DNA of 63,898 bases, the filler included, from Octopus bimaculoides (Eukaryota), in NCBI RefSeq assembly GCF_001194135.2. It is 7 parts of 7 records of this genome, joined end to end, with 100 filler letters (N's around TTAATTAATTAA, not from the genome) between each part and the next. Parts side by side here need not be neighbours in the genome. Positions count along the whole stretch, not along the records: positions 61,263 to 63,898 come from NC_068987.1; 6 more parts are not named here. One strand, given 5' to 3'. The notes under the pieces were generated by a model. That model saw only the letters and a list, made by a program, of their open reading frames with translations. It had not been told where the DNA came from and searched no databases. Shown here in pieces: positions 63,660 to 63,898 of the stretch (within the stretch, counting starts at the first letter, position 1; every line of letters begins with the position of its first letter). Both the position numbers and the translations under genes were made by a program.

Positions 63660-63707
63660 GTCTCTGACGAAGGGATATCCCTAATATCCCAGAAACAGCT
63701 GTAAGAC
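63660..63707 (+). ncRNA. Minimal type I hammerhead ribozyme candidate (best preserved)
   Basis: gtct-CTGACGA-a-GGGATA(tccctaa)TATCCC-a-GAA-ACAGCTGT-A-agac: 4-bp stem I, 6-bp stem II, 8-nt palindromic stem III, GUA site; predicted cut after 63703. Confidence 0.75.
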
Positions 63708-63764
63708 TACCGTTCTTTACATAAATGCCCTATAAACACAGACACACAAACATACAAATCCACT

Positions 63765-63826
63765 CACAAGACTTCCATCGGCTCGAAGCTGTAGTAGATA
63801 ACACTTGACCAAGGTACCACGCTTAC
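63765..63826 (-). mobile_element. SINE family B internal fragment
   Basis: aaatccactcacaagac...gtagtagataacacttgaccaaggtaccac. Confidence 0.6.
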
Positions 63827-63843
63827 ATGCATATATATATATA

Positions 63844-63898
<55 letters not shown>

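Overview
AT-rich eukaryotic, repeat-dominated DNA with many N gaps. It is most likely an octopus assembly; this is inferred from the microsatellite density and the SINE families, not shown. Six 100-bp linkers (44N-TTAATTAATTAA-44N) show the window is seven separately assembled scaffolds, so adjacency across them is not guaranteed. No complete host gene is supportable, and nearly all ORF-track entries are microsatellite or N artefacts. Recognisable content: many tRNA-derived SINE copies (labelled families A-G here), hAT and mariner MITE pieces, an RTE RT fragment, a decayed Chapaev3-like transposase, and a disrupted L1/Tx1-type ORF1 with a CCHC knuckle (57247-58359, minus). There is also one candidate signal-peptide first exon (58966-59097, minus). 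The most interesting signal is a set of eight minimal type I hammerhead-ribozyme-like motifs, from at least six unrelated sequence families, of the kind known from Penelope-like elements. The well-preserved copies have a palindromic, dimer-type stem III and an extra base after A9. One sits inside a 206-bp TSD-flanked foldback element that can mask it. Also notable: tight inverted SINE pairs (possible long dsRNA), tail-to-head SINE concatemers joined at the same AGAAAC hexamer at two loci, a perfect 52-bp palindrome inside a SINE, and recurrent short local duplications. All ribozyme and family calls were made by eye and are untested.
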